From Octopus vulgaris (lineage: Eukaryota): a stretch of 64,000 nucleotides of DNA. This document shows, one piece after another, positions 28,505-40,366 of the stretch; the first letter of the stretch is position 1; each line of letters starts with the position of its first letter. The position numbers and the translations under genes were made by a program. The notes below the pieces were generated by a model that worked only from the letters and a program-made list of their open reading frames with translations, did no database searches and was not told the origin of the DNA. Location of the stretch: the NCBI GenBank assembly GCA_951406725.2, contig OX597835.1, positions 35,526,001-35,590,000 of the forward strand, written 5' to 3'.

Positions 28505-28780
28505 ATAGTTTAAATGGTTAACGTATTTAAATAATATATAAATATATGCAATATATACATATATATATATGTACATCCCTACATATATATGTATATATAC
28601 ATGCGTATCTGGGTACAGGACATAAAAAAACGTTGAACACAATGAGAAACAAGAATATAAAAACAAAAACATAGAAAACGAACTTTTTTTCGAACAACGA
28701 AAAAACAGAGAAACGAGACATACAACATAAAGAATATTCCCCTTCATCAGTTGTCCCTGTCTCATCTACTCCGCGTTTCA
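28505..28780 (-). mobile_element. 5'-truncated copy of the retrozyme-like family
   Basis: Minus strand GAAAC-GCGGA-GTA-GATGAGACAGGGACAA-CTGATGA-AGGGGaatattc, then the same T-rich tract and tgtcctgtac(c) as 10790-11000. Confidence 0.75.
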
Positions 28781-29016
28781 TGCATTGTGCAGTACATGCA
28801 CAGTTTGACAAAATTAGGCGTGAATGCCACAGTTGGAACACTTGTGATATTGTGATATTATCGTACAGAATCCTAGGTGTACAGTTAAACATAAAACCAC
28901 AACAAAAGAGTCACCATAGTGTTGTTCTTGTTTGAAATTAATGTCTCTCCTGAAGAATCTCAAAATATTTGCAAAGCGTCTCGTGTGTGTGTATATATAT
29001 ATATATATGTATACGC

Positions 29017-29080
<64 letters not shown>

Positions 29081-29269
29081 GGTTGGATGGACGGATGGAT
29101 GGAGAGAGGGATAGATAAGTAGAAAGCTAGAGAGATGGATAGATATACTGATAGTGAGATGGATAAATGGATGGATGGATGAATGGATGGACGGATGGGC
29201 GGCTGGATAGGTAGATGGATAGATAGATACACAGACAGATATACTGACGGATAGAGAGAGAGAGAGAGA

Positions 29270-29600
29270 GATGTTTCTTTATTAGCCACACAGGGCTGAA
29301 CATACAGGAGTCAAATTACAAAGTAGAGCTTTTCTTTTTGGGGAGAAAAAAATGAAAATAAAAATAAAAAAAATAAAAGGGGGGTAGGTTTTCGATCAAA
29401 AGGTATCGTAAAAAAATAACGATCAATTGGGATCGTGTATCACATAAACGTCATGATGTAAGGTGTAAAGCGGGAAGCAAATAAAGTTTATCCGTGCAAA
29501 GAAAAGCCTACGGAAAAGACCACGGTAAACTCGGTCAATAATGTCACATGTTAGCACAATTAGTTGCAAGTAAGTAACTCTGTTTTAAATTTTTCTGGGT
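29270..29600 (-). mobile_element. 3' end of the (TATC)n-associated non-LTR element
   Basis: Reverse complement homologous to 13745-13900 and longer at the 5' side; abuts GA/GATA repeats. Confidence 0.65.
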
Positions 29601-29699
29601 TCATAGGATTATGCTCAAGGTGACTTCGTCATCCATACGTGCCATCCTTGCTACATTCACCCATCTTTTTTTTTGATGACCATGCAATCCCATGGTCAT

Positions 29700-29730
<31 letters not shown>

Positions 29731-29910
29731 CACACACATATACACCAACCCGCCTGAAGTATAGTATGGCTGAACATAGATTCTGAGGGAGAGAACACAA
29801 ATCCTTAATCCATACACAAGAAATGATCATGATATCTGCAAGACCTTAAAATTTAAGGATGATGGCTTAGTACAAAATGATTTCTTTCACAACCTCGCTA
29901 AAAAATAGGT

Positions 29911-30764
29911 CTTCTTCTTCTTAATCCTTTTTACCCCTTCTTGAGCATAGGGCCTCAACAGTTGTTTTCCACTTTTTGCGGTCATTGGCGTTTTTCTTGG
30001 CTGCTTCCCATGTCAGGCCGGTAGTCCTGAGCTCGTCCAAAATGCTCCGCTTGCTTCCATGTCTGCTTCGGGCGTCCTCGCTTCCTTTTCCCCTGCGGGT
30101 TCCAGTTAAGTGCTTGTCGTGTCACATTTGAGGGTTCTTTCCGCAGTGTGTGTCCGATCCATCTCCATTTCCTTTGTCTAATATGAACATGTATGGGCTC
30201 CTGGTTGGCCCTTTCCCACAGGTCAGTGTTTGGCACTCTGTCGAACCACTTCAGATGGAGGATCTGCTGGGATCATTTGTTGATGAAGGTCTGGATCTTC
30301 TTGTAGTTGTTGCAGGTGGCTCTCCATGTTTCAGAGCCATACAAAAGCACAGATTTTACGTTTGAACTAAATAAGCAGAGTTTAGTTCGAGTTGAGATGG
30401 CACCTGTGGAGGACGTTAGTAAGTTGGCAGAAACGTTAGCACGCTGGGCGAAATGCTTAGCAGTATTTCGTCTGCCGTTACGTTCTGAGTTCAAATTCCG
30501 CCGAGGTCGACTTTGCCTTTCATCCTTTCGGGGTCGATTAAATAAGTACCAGTTACGCACTGGGGTCGATATAATCGACTTAATCCGTTTGTCTGTCCTT
30601 GTTTGTCCTCTCTGTGTTCAGCCACTTGTGGGTAGTAAAGAAATAAGTCTTTCTATCTTGGCAGCAAGATCAGCAAATCAGGTGGATCAGACGAGGACGT
30701 CACGGCAAGAAGCAAGAAGGCTTGGCAAGCCTTCGTTATTCTTCGGCCACTATGGAGGTCCACC
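29911..30764 (-). mobile_element. RTE-clade LINE, 5'-truncated, with an inverted 5' segment and 8-bp TSD
   Basis: Minus: AISTRTKLCLFSSNVKSVLLYGSETW...[15 protein letters not shown]...[16 protein letters not shown] and a (GAA)n tail. Plus 30651-30764: FYLGSKISKSGGSDEDVTAR...LRPLWRST. TSD aaataggt at 29903-29910 and 30765-30772. Confidence 0.85.
30417..30646 (+). mobile_element. SINE family C (Nin/Deu-like central domain)
   Basis: tggcagaaacgttagcacg...gagttcaaattccgccgaggtcgactttgcctttcatcctttcggggtcgat...aagtacc. Confidence 0.85.
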
Positions 30765-30892
30765 AAATAGGTGGCCTGTCAAAATTTAATTTAAATTAAA
30801 AAGGAAAAGAAAACATACGTATATACATACACGATGGTTGTCAAGTCGATTTCGAGTAGAGCCATTGTCTGATTTCTGTATGCCCTAGATTA

Positions 30893-31100
30893 TCACCGAT
30901 GTGCTGCACGAATATGGCTTTTGAGGACTGCTAAAGACTTGCATGCTTTTTGACAATATGTGCAAGAAAACTTGGTGATTGTATAGTTTGCTGCTATATG
31001 AACTGTACTATGCCTTTTCAAGCCAGTTCTTTGATCTGCGCAGTTTATGACTGAGTATGCTTTCGAAATTATCTGTTCATCGATATTTATCTTGAGGGAA
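30893..31100 (-). pseudogene. Degenerate RTE-type C-terminal C2H2 zinc-finger fragment
   Basis: FSCTYCQKACKSLAVLKSHIRAAH*, similar in pattern to the RTE end at 45900-45958. Confidence 0.55.
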
Positions 31101-31103
31101 TGT

Positions 31104-31210
31104 TGGCCTACACGCTTAGCCAGCGAGGTGGTTTCATTCCAAGGCAAAAACAATGCGAATTGCTTTATGACCAGCGATGTGTAACAAACAGCGATAGTCT
31201 GGTCAATACG
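31104..31210 (+). mobile_element. Retroposon 3'-end fragment
   Basis: cctac.cgcttagccag...aaaacaatgcgaa...tgaccagcgatgtgta...gatag.ctggtc is shared with 45273-45397, which ends in (GGTGAC)n. Confidence 0.6.
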
Positions 31211-31221
31211 GACAATAAGAT

Positions 31222-31635
31222 TTACTCATTTACTTGTTTCAGTCACTTGACTGCGGCCATGCTGGAGCACCGGCTTTAGTCGAGCAAGCAGATCCCCAGG
31301 ACTTATTCTTTGTGAACCTTTGTACTTATTCTATCGGTCTCTTTTGCTGAACCGCTAAGTTATGGGGACGTAAACACAGCACCATCGGTTGTCAAGCGAT
31401 GTTGGGAGGGGGGTAAACACAGACACACAAACATATACACACACATACATATATATATATACATATATACGACGGGCTTCTTTCAGTTTCCATCTACCAA
31501 ATCAACTCACAAAGCTTTGGTCAGCCCGTGGCTACAGTAGAAGACACTTGCCCAAGGTGCCACGCAGCGGGAATGAACCCAGAACCATGTGGTTGGTAAG
31601 CAAGCTACTTACCACACAGCCACTCCTGCGCCTAT
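31222..31635 (-). mobile_element. SINE family A, full length
   Basis: Reverse complement of the family A consensus. Confidence 0.92.
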
Positions 31636-31904
31636 AATACAATTATTCATTGAGTGTATATTTAGAATTACAATACGTTTTGTTATTATCTAGCAGTGTC
31701 AACGTGAAATGAAGTGTTTTGCTTAAGAGTACAATGCACCATCTGGTCAGAGAATAGACACCATGCTGTAGCCATGGTGATATTCCAGCATCCTAACCAC
31801 CAGGCCACACGACTTATGTCGCATAGTATATTGTAAATATAACTGGCAGTGCGTCACTTATGATGACGAGGGTTGTCAGTCCATGATGGCGTTGGCCGTA
31901 ATAA

Positions 31905-32122
31905 TTCTTTTAATTTAAACACAAGGCCTGAAATATTGGAGGAGAAGGGCGGTTAATCGATTACATCAATTCCAGTGCCCAACTGGTACTTATTTTATCG
32001 ATCTCGAAAGGATGAAAAATAAAGTCGATCCTGGCTGACTTTGAGGTCAAAGAGTGAAGGCGGAAAATAAATGGCGCTAAGTATTTTCTCCGCCGTGTTA
32101 ATTCATCTTAGCTCATCGCCTT
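31905..32122 (-). mobile_element. SINE family C, diverged
   Basis: aactggtacttattttatcgatctcgaaaggatgaaa is the reverse complement of the Nin-like domain. Confidence 0.75.
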
Positions 32123-32561
32123 AGTCTATTTTTTGGGGGGTGGGGGGTGGGGGGTGATAATGAGAATGAAGAACGAAATGAGCGAAATATTATAATGATG
32201 ACGATCATGAGAAGCGGAGGAAATTGATGGTGATGAGAAAAAATAAGGACAACGGCGACAGTTGTGAAAATGATGGCAATGCTGCTGATGATGATGATGG
32301 TAACAATGAAGAAGATGGTGGGAATGAAGAAGACGATGACGAGGACGAAGTGGGGAGGAAATTGATGGTGGGGAAAACGAAGGAAGAAAGAAGAAAAAGA
32401 AGATGAAGATGATAATAATGATGATTATGAAGATCTATCTATCTCTCTATCTGTCTGTTTGTCTGTCCGTCCGTCTGTCCCTCTATCTGTCTGTTTGTCT
32501 ATCTATCTATCTATCTATCTATCTATGTATCTGTCTGTCTGTCCGTTCGTCCGTCTGTCTA

Positions 32562-32640
<79 letters not shown>

Positions 32641-34861
32641 ACGATGACGACGACGACTTAGACAAAGAAGATGATGGCGGTGGCAGCAGTGGTAGTGGTG
32701 GTAGGGATGACGGACGACGATGATGACGGTAATGATACTGCTGCTTATAATAATTACGACGGCGACGATGATGATGATGACGAGGATATTGATAATGACA
32801 AGGCGACGAAGGCCACATCAATGCCGCTGCTGCTGCTGCTGATTAAGAAAGCGATTACGATGTTGATGACAATGTTTTTGGTAATTATTGATGGCGAATG
32901 AACGTAATGACGGCGATGATAATGTAAATGCGCCGAAAATGAATAAGGACATGAAAAAGTGTGCTAAATGTCAGCCTCGCCGCTAGAGGTGGAGATAGAA
33001 ACTCCTTTGGTATGAAACATCTTGAACTTTGACCCCTTCTTTTCGCAATCCGTGTAAAGTGGGTGGAGTAGTGAGTGAAAATGAGACAGCGAGAGAATAA
33101 ATGAAGAAGGAGAGAGTGGGTAATAAATCAATAAGGGAAGAGATGGGAAAAGAAGGAGAGAGAAAGTGAAAGGGAGAGAAGAAGAGAAGAGAAGGGGAGA
33201 GATGAGAAGGCGCTTCGTAGACGTGTCCACCTCTCCTACTTCTACCTGTTTTTCCTTTCCTTTTCCCCGTTCTGTGAGCCAGTAAACGCGCCGAACATTG
33301 CCAGCACCAACACTAGCCACCGACACCAGCATCGCCACCAGCAGCTCCACCACCAGCAGCTCCGCCACCAGCAGCTCGTGCACCGGCACCGGTGCCGTCA
33401 TCGCCATCATCATGCTCGACAAAATGTCTGCCATTAAATACGATCTCTTACCGTACACGAAACACAAACACATACAAATACACACACACACGCGCGCCGC
33501 CCCTACACGCATATATATATATGTACGTATGTATGTCTCTCTCTCTCTTCCTATATATATATATATATATACACATACATACATACATACATTCTTACAT
33601 GCATGCATATATATATACATATATACATACATATATACATATATATATATTTGCACATGCACATGCACACGCACAAAGAAATACACACGCATGCGCGCGT
33701 AAACACATCCACTCACATACACACATGCTCGCAGTACACATATAAACATGAACATATAAGCATAAAACTGTACACACACACACGCGCATGCATATATTTA
33801 TGGCAGCGTGTGCGTGTATATGTGTATATGTATGTATATGTACATGTCTATGTACAAATATGTGTGTGTGCGTGTTTGTGTGTATGAATATACATATATA
33901 TGTATGAGTATACATATATATGTATGAGTATACATATATATGTATGAGTATACATATATATGTATGAGTATACATATATATGCATATATATGTGTACTCA
34001 TACATATAGACAACGTACAGGCACACACAAACACACACACGCACACTCATACATACACACAGACATATATAAATGCGCAGTTATACACTTCAATATACAT
34101 ATATACACGCACATATGTTACACACTGTCACAAACATTATTAAATGTGAAGGGTTACGAAATGAGGTGTTTATGAGGCGCCATTTTATATTTATTAATCT
34201 CTCCTCCATAATCCTTCTCATCCCGCCAATATACACACCACCTCACCATGTACTGGTCACCACCATAACCACTACGACGACGATGACGACGACGACGCCG
34301 ACCACCACCACCATCATCTATACTACTCTTACCGTAACCACCGTCACCACCACCATCACCACCGCTACTACTGCTACCCTCACCACCGCAATCACTACCA
34401 CCACAACTACCACTATCACCACCACCACCATTACCATTTACATTTCTACTACCATAACCACTACCACCACCACAATAACTTTGATACCACCACCACCATC
34501 ATCATCATCTATACTACTATTACCGTAACTACCACCACCATCAGCACCGCAACTATTGCTACCCTCACCGCCATAATCACTACCACTACCACTACCACTA
34601 TCACCACCATCACCAGATTCACCACTACCACCACCACCAGTACCGCCACCACCACCACAATTGCCATTTACATTTCTACTACCACAACCACTACCACCAA
34701 CACAATAACTTTGACACCACCACCACCACCACCACCATCCTCACTAATATTACCACCACCAAAATCATCATCGCTACCACCACCACTATCACTACTACTA
34801 CCACACTACAATCTCCACTAACATCACAACTACTATCTCTACAACCACCAGCACCACCATC

Positions 34862-35064
34862 AACGCAATTTCTCGACTATCGCGAACATTACGTTCCAAA
34901 ATCCCTCGCGATAGGTGATATACCGCGAATTTGAAACAGTGCTGTACTGTATATGTATATAGATTATTATTTTCAATGGAAAACAACAGCGTGGAAGGAG
35001 GAATCGACGTAAGCTTAAATAATGCACCGCGAAAGGTGAACCGCGATATGACGAAGGATTACTG
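34862..35064. mobile_element. pogo/Tigger-like MITE, right end only
   Basis: Ends ccgcgaaaggtgaaccgcgatatgacgaaggattaCTG-TA (CAG..TA terminus); repeated ccgcga motifs; left end not found. Confidence 0.55.
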
Positions 35065-35108
35065 TATATATATATATATGTATGTATGTATATACATATA
35101 TATATATA

Positions 35109-35188
<80 letters not shown>

Positions 35189-35196
35189 AATACATT

Positions 35197-35236
<40 letters not shown>

Positions 35237-35305
35237 TATATACATATATATATATACATATACACATATACACACACAAACATATATTTATATCGATATA
35301 TATAT

Positions 35306-35490
35306 ACCGGAGTAAACACATAAATGTGAAACAAGGTGGAAAAAAGAGTACTCAAATACTAGTGGTAGAGTAATATGCTTTATTTAAAGCAGCAGAAAAT
35401 TCAACAAAACTTGTTACTCTGAGTTTCCCGTTGCCGTTCATCAGAGTAACAGGTTTGTTTGAAGTTTCTGCTGCTTTAAATAAAGTATAT
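35306..35490 (-). mobile_element. Hammerhead-bearing pLTR-like fragment with a 50-bp foldback inversion, in (TA)n
   Basis: Arms 35373-35422 and 35441-35490 are inverted repeats; minus strand CTGATGA-A-CG-GCAA-CG-G-GAA-ACTCAGAGT-A-acaagt. Confidence 0.7.
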
Positions 35491-35501
35491 ATATATATAT
35501 A

Positions 35502-35540
<39 letters not shown>

Positions 35541-35554
35541 GCGTGTGCGTGTGC

Positions 35555-35770
35555 AAGTTGGTACTGAAAAGTTTCTGGCTATGATGATATCGCGAAAGGC
35601 TTCCTGGAGGCCTAACATTGCGAGTTAATTTTAAAGACTTAGAAAAACAGAAGGACTGCTGTAATAAGTGTGTGAATATGAGGAGTGAATATGTTGAGTA
35701 AAATCATAATTAACCGATTCTCCTGTACGTTCTGTTACCCAAAGCCAAGAATTCTTCCGCGCTTCCTCGT
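35555..35770. mobile_element. Degenerate mariner-type MITE
   Basis: ggtactgaaaagtttctggct ... agccaagaattcttccgcgcttcctcgTA; related copy at 37281-37424. Confidence 0.55.
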
Positions 35771-35808
35771 ATAATCTTATATTTGTGTGTAAAAAATATA
35801 TATTATAT

Positions 35809-35846
<38 letters not shown>

Positions 35847-36035
35847 AATAAAATATATGCATATATATAAACATATATGTACGTACCTACCTCTACATGT
35901 ACATATACACGCATATATGTGTACAGGACACCAAAAAGACGTCGAACACATAGAGAGACGAAAAACATAGACACAAACCAAGGAACAAGACAGGCAAAAA
36001 AAGAGAGATACAGGACAATAAGCACAACGAAAAAT

Positions 36036-36168
36036 CCCCTTCTTCAGTCGCTAAAGTTTCATCTACTAAACGTTTCGAAGGATAAAAGCGAGACGTATAC
36101 TTCGAATGAAAAATTCCTTCCTGCGAAAAGCAAATCAATTAAAATTCTGAGATCTTTTCGCAGAGGGG
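36036..36168 (-). ncRNA. Candidate type-II-order hammerhead-like ribozyme, copy 1
   Basis: Minus strand CCCCT-[CTGCGAAAAG..CTTTTCGCAG]-GAAGG..TTTCAT..TCGCT..CCTTC-GAA-AC-gttta-GT-A-GATGAAA-cttt-AGCGA-CTGAAGA-AGGGG. Confidence 0.6.
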
Positions 36169-36869
36169 TACAAAAAGCAAGACGGTAACGACAGTACAAA
36201 CATATAAACAGTAAAAAATATATATATAAACAGTGGAAAAATAAATATATAACAGTGAGAGACAGGACAAGGAGAACAAGATAAGAAGGGCTGTTAACGC
36301 CAGACGAAAAAAGTATTGCAAACGCTGGATTATAGTGGACGACGAGAGAGGAAGAAGTCGACCAGTGGCCTTAGAAGGCGGGCGAGAAAGGACAGGATAG
36401 CAGTTACGACGGAAGTACCGTCGCAGATGGACGACGGGAATGGGGGAGGAGGAGCAAGAGGAAGAGAGAGAAGAAGGGGAATGGTGCGAGGAGACCATGA
36501 AGAACAGTGAGGGGGAGAGAGAGAGGAAGAGACAAGTTAAGTGAGGGAAAAAAGACGAAAAAGGGAATGGGAGAGAAAGAAAGAAAGATGCAGAGTCGCG
36601 TGAGAGTTAATATCAAGGCGAACTTGATAAACAGAACAATCTTACTTAATAGGGTGCGTGCGTTTAGTCGTATATATGTTAATAAAATATATGCATATAT
36701 ATAAACATATATGTACGTACCTACCTCTACATGTACATATACACGCATATATGTGTACAGGACACCAAAAAGACGTCGAACACATAGAGAGACGAAAAAC
36801 ATAGACACAAACCAAGGAACAAGACAGGCAAAAAAAGAGAGATACAGGACAATAAGCACAACGAAAAAT

Positions 36870-37002
36870 CCCCTTCTTCAGTCGCTAAAGTTTCATCTAC
36901 TAAACGTTTCGAAGGATAAAAGCGAGACGTATACTTCGAATGAAAAATTCCTTCCTGCGAAAAGCAAATCAATTAAAATTCTGAGATCTTTTCGCAGAGG
37001 GG
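36870..37002 (-). ncRNA. Candidate type-II-order hammerhead-like ribozyme, copy 2
   Basis: Same sequence as 36036-36168, offset by 834 bp. Confidence 0.6.
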
Positions 37003-37280
37003 TACAAAAAGCAAGACGGTAACGACAGTACAAACATATAAACAGTAAAAAATATATATATAAACAGTGGAAAAATAAATATATAACAGTGAGAGACAGG
37101 ACAAGGAGAACAAGATAAGAAGGGCTGTTAACGCCAGACGAAAAAAGTATTGCAAACGCTGGATTATAGTGGACGACGAGAGAGGAAGAAGTCGACCAGT
37201 GGCCTTAGAAGGCGGGCGAGAAAGGACAGGATAGCAGTTACGACGGAAGTACCGTCGCAGATATATATATATATATATAT

Positions 37281-37424
37281 TAGATGGTGTGCTGAAAACT
37301 AAAGGACCGCTCTAATAAAAGTGTGAAATCTGAGAGTGGAATATGCTGAATAAAATCATAATTAACTGATCCTCTGGCATTTTTCTTTTACCCAAACCCA
37401 GGACGATTTTAGCTCCCCTTCGTA
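37281..37424. mobile_element. Degenerate mariner-type MITE (second copy)
   Basis: Shares taaaatcataattaac.gat.ctc and the terminal ...cttcgTA with 35555-35770. Confidence 0.5.
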
Positions 37425-37837
37425 TGTATGTAGGTATACGACAGGCTTCTTTTAGTTTAATATCTATGAAATTCATGTATAAGCTTTTAGTCGTCTTGAG
37501 GCTATAATAGAACCCATCTGTGCTAGGTGCCACGCAGTGAGATTGATCCCAAAGCCACTTCTTATCGCACAGTCATGTCTGGCCTATATACAGATATGGG
37601 CGATAAACCGTAATAATAGTATTAAAGATAATAATGACGATAGTAATTATGATGATGATGACGAAAGTGATAAGAACACGTTCAGCTCCTAGTGACTACG
37701 CCTCTCCACTGTGTTTGGGCTCTTGCCTAAAACGGACGAGCAGATCAAAAATTTGCTCTCTGTGTAACCGACTTGTTTCAACAATAGACATCCTACAAAA
37801 TCCTTATCTACAGGTCTACAACTACTACTACTACTAG

Positions 37838-37869
<32 letters not shown>

Positions 37870-37870
37870 G

Positions 37871-37925
<55 letters not shown>

Positions 37926-37954
37926 GCTGCTGCTGCTGTTGCTGCACTACCACC

Positions 37955-38012
<58 letters not shown>

Positions 38013-38424
38013 TTTTTTCCTTTACCCTATCTGGTCGAGCCTAATCGAATTCGCTAAATTTTTCTCTGGTAGAACTCGGCATCAATGATCTCCAGTTCTA
38101 TATATGTTAGCAGCGCTTCTCTTCAAAATCTCGGCGACCGTGTTGCTGCTCAATATCACCCATTATGATTATGTCTTCCGAAATCTTCTGAGTTTTACCG
38201 CTGATCAAAGCTTCATTTATTCCTCTGCAAAAAAGTTTAACATTCATCGCCATGCTTCATTTCAAAGCTTCTCTCATAGCGATTCTGGTTTATTATAATT
38301 CCTCGATTCCACTGTCTGACACAGCATGAAACAAGAGAAACTGTTATATGAGAATGTAAATATGTTTGCAAATTGTTTTTGTTATGTTATTCTATGTTCT
38401 GAATACTTTTATTTTAATAAATGT

Positions 38425-38811
38425 GGAGGCGCAATGGCCCAGTGGTTAGGGCAGCGGACTCGCGGTCGTAGGATCGCGGTTTCGATTCCCAGACCGAGCG
38501 TTGTGAGTGTTTATTGAGCGAAAACACCTAAAGCTCCACGAGGCTCCGGCGGGGGATGCTGGTGATCCCTGCTGTACTCTTTCGCCACAACTTTCTCTCA
38601 CTCTTACTTCCTGTTTCTGTTGTACCTGTATTTCAAAGGGCCGGCCTTGTCACTCTCTGTGTCACGCTGAATATCCCCGAGAACTATGTTAAGGGTACAC
38701 GTATCTGTGGAGTGCTCAGCCACTTATACACGTTAATTTCACGAGCAGGCTGTTCCGTTGATCGGATCAACAGGAACCCTGGTCGTCGTAACCGACGGAG
38801 TGCTTCCATCC
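38425..38811 (+). mobile_element. tRNA-derived SINE family B, full length, with a 14-bp TSD
   Basis: Head ggaggcgcaatggcccagtggttaggg...ggtttcgattccc; TSD attttaataaatgt at 38411-38424 and 38812-38825; near-identical to 63561-63925. Confidence 0.92.
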
Positions 38812-39189
38812 ATTTTAATAAATGTTGCTTACTGCAAGTTATGGATGATTCTTTTATGACTTCATTGCTATAAGGCTTAGCTTAAGGTATTTTCGCGCAG
38901 GACATCACAAAATGCGTCTGAATAAACATTGCCGGACAGCAAATAGAAACTCGAACATTGCTTAGAAAATATTTTTCATTTTTAACCTCGTATATAGTAC
39001 GCACTAGGGATTTTGACCTTTAAATTTTGGGAAAATGTGCGGATTATACTCGAGGATTTACGGTATTGATCTCTTCAAAGTTAATGAATTATGATACGCT
39101 GAGATTTCCGTTATCTGTAATTATTCAGCCTGTAAAGAAGGATAATTTGTTGCATGGAGCTTGCACAAAACAGCAAATAAGTACTTATT

Positions 39190-39495
39190 CTAAGTACTTA
39201 TTTTATCGATCTCTTTTGCCGAACCGCTAAGTTACGAGGACGTAAACACACCAGCATCAGTTGTCAAGCGATGTTGGTGGGACGAACACAGACACACAAA
39301 CAAAAACACACACATACATATATATATATATAAACATATATACGACGGGCTTCTTTCAGTTTCCGTCTATCAAATCAACTCACAAGGCTTTGGTCGGGCC
39401 GAGGCTATAGTAGAAGACATTTGCCCAAGGTGCTTTGTAGTGGGAATGAACCCGGAAACATGTGGTTGGTGTGCAAGCAACCTGCCACACAGCAA
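39190..39495 (-). mobile_element. SINE family A
   Basis: Reverse complement of the family A consensus, 3'-truncated. Confidence 0.88.
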
Positions 39496-39499
39496 CTCT

Positions 39500-39693
39500 T
39501 CAAATTTTGTCACAAGGCCAGCATTTTTTAAGTCTATTACATCGACCCGTTGCTCAACTGGTACTTATTTTATGGACACCACACGGATGAAAGGCAAGGT
39601 CGACCCCGGCGGAATTCGAACTCAGAACGTAAAGGTGGACGAAATGCCGCTAAACATTTTGCCCGGCTTGCTAACGATTGTGCCAGCTCGCCA
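39500..39693 (-). mobile_element. SINE family C
   Basis: ggatgaaaggcaaggtcgaccccggcggaattcgaactcagaacgt...tgccagctcgcc. Confidence 0.85.
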
Positions 39694-40321
39694 TCTTCTT
39701 TTACGTATAAATATGCTAAGACCATCCAACATACACAAAAATATTACCTCAAATGGCCAAATAAACAGACAGCAACACACACACACACGTACACACACAC
39801 ACGCACACACACCTATTCACACACACACACATCTATTCACGCGCACATGCACACACATATATTCACGCGCACACGCATGCACAAATTAACAAATGCGCAT
39901 ACACATTCACATGTACAAATAGATTATATGTCCGTCACTTCGTTCTCTTCTTCCCAGCTCCCATTCTCCTCTCCTGCTCCCTTCTACTCGGATTATAAAT
40001 CTGAAGTCGCTCTCTCCAACCGCCTTTTTATTCAATCATTTAATATTGTGTTTTAATAGCCACCATGTCAGCCATGTTGAAACGGCGTTAACAGCCTCAG
40101 TCTGGGGTCTATGTTGAGATAACGCTAATAGCGCTGACGGCAGCCATTATACAACACGCATTCACAACCTAATATTCTCTCTCTTCCTCTCTCTCTCTTT
40201 CCCTCTCCTCCCTCATTCAATCATCAAACCACCCCCTCCCGCTCCCTCTCTCAATATCAATCACTCAGTCATTAATTTGCCTCCTCTCTGTCTCTCTTTG
40301 TCTCACTCAATCAGTGTTTCA

Positions 40322-40366
<45 letters not shown>

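Larger units (their letters stand above)
35838..37261 (-). mobile_element. Retrozyme-like non-coding element, ~1.7 tandem units (period 834 bp)
   Basis: 35838-36427 is repeated apparently identically at 36672-37261 (identical pseudo-ORFs at 35877 and 36711); (TA)n on both sides; two ribozyme-like motifs. Confidence 0.85.

Noticed and set aside
33890-33990. Regular 20-bp repeats (tgtatgagtatacatatata)n that might suggest a CRISPR-like array; similar 41210-41340
   Set aside because: Head-to-tail microsatellite-derived minisatellite without unique spacers, in eukaryotic DNA with no cas genes.
35877-36188. Duplicated 103-aa ORF (also 36711-37022)
   Set aside because: It is antisense to the structured motif, has no recognisable domain and is not preserved in the divergent family copies; the duplication reflects the tandem unit.
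38425-38500. tRNA-like sequence (also 63561 and other SINE heads)
   Set aside because: It continues into a SINE body with a TSD and has no proper acceptor stem, so it is not a tRNA gene.
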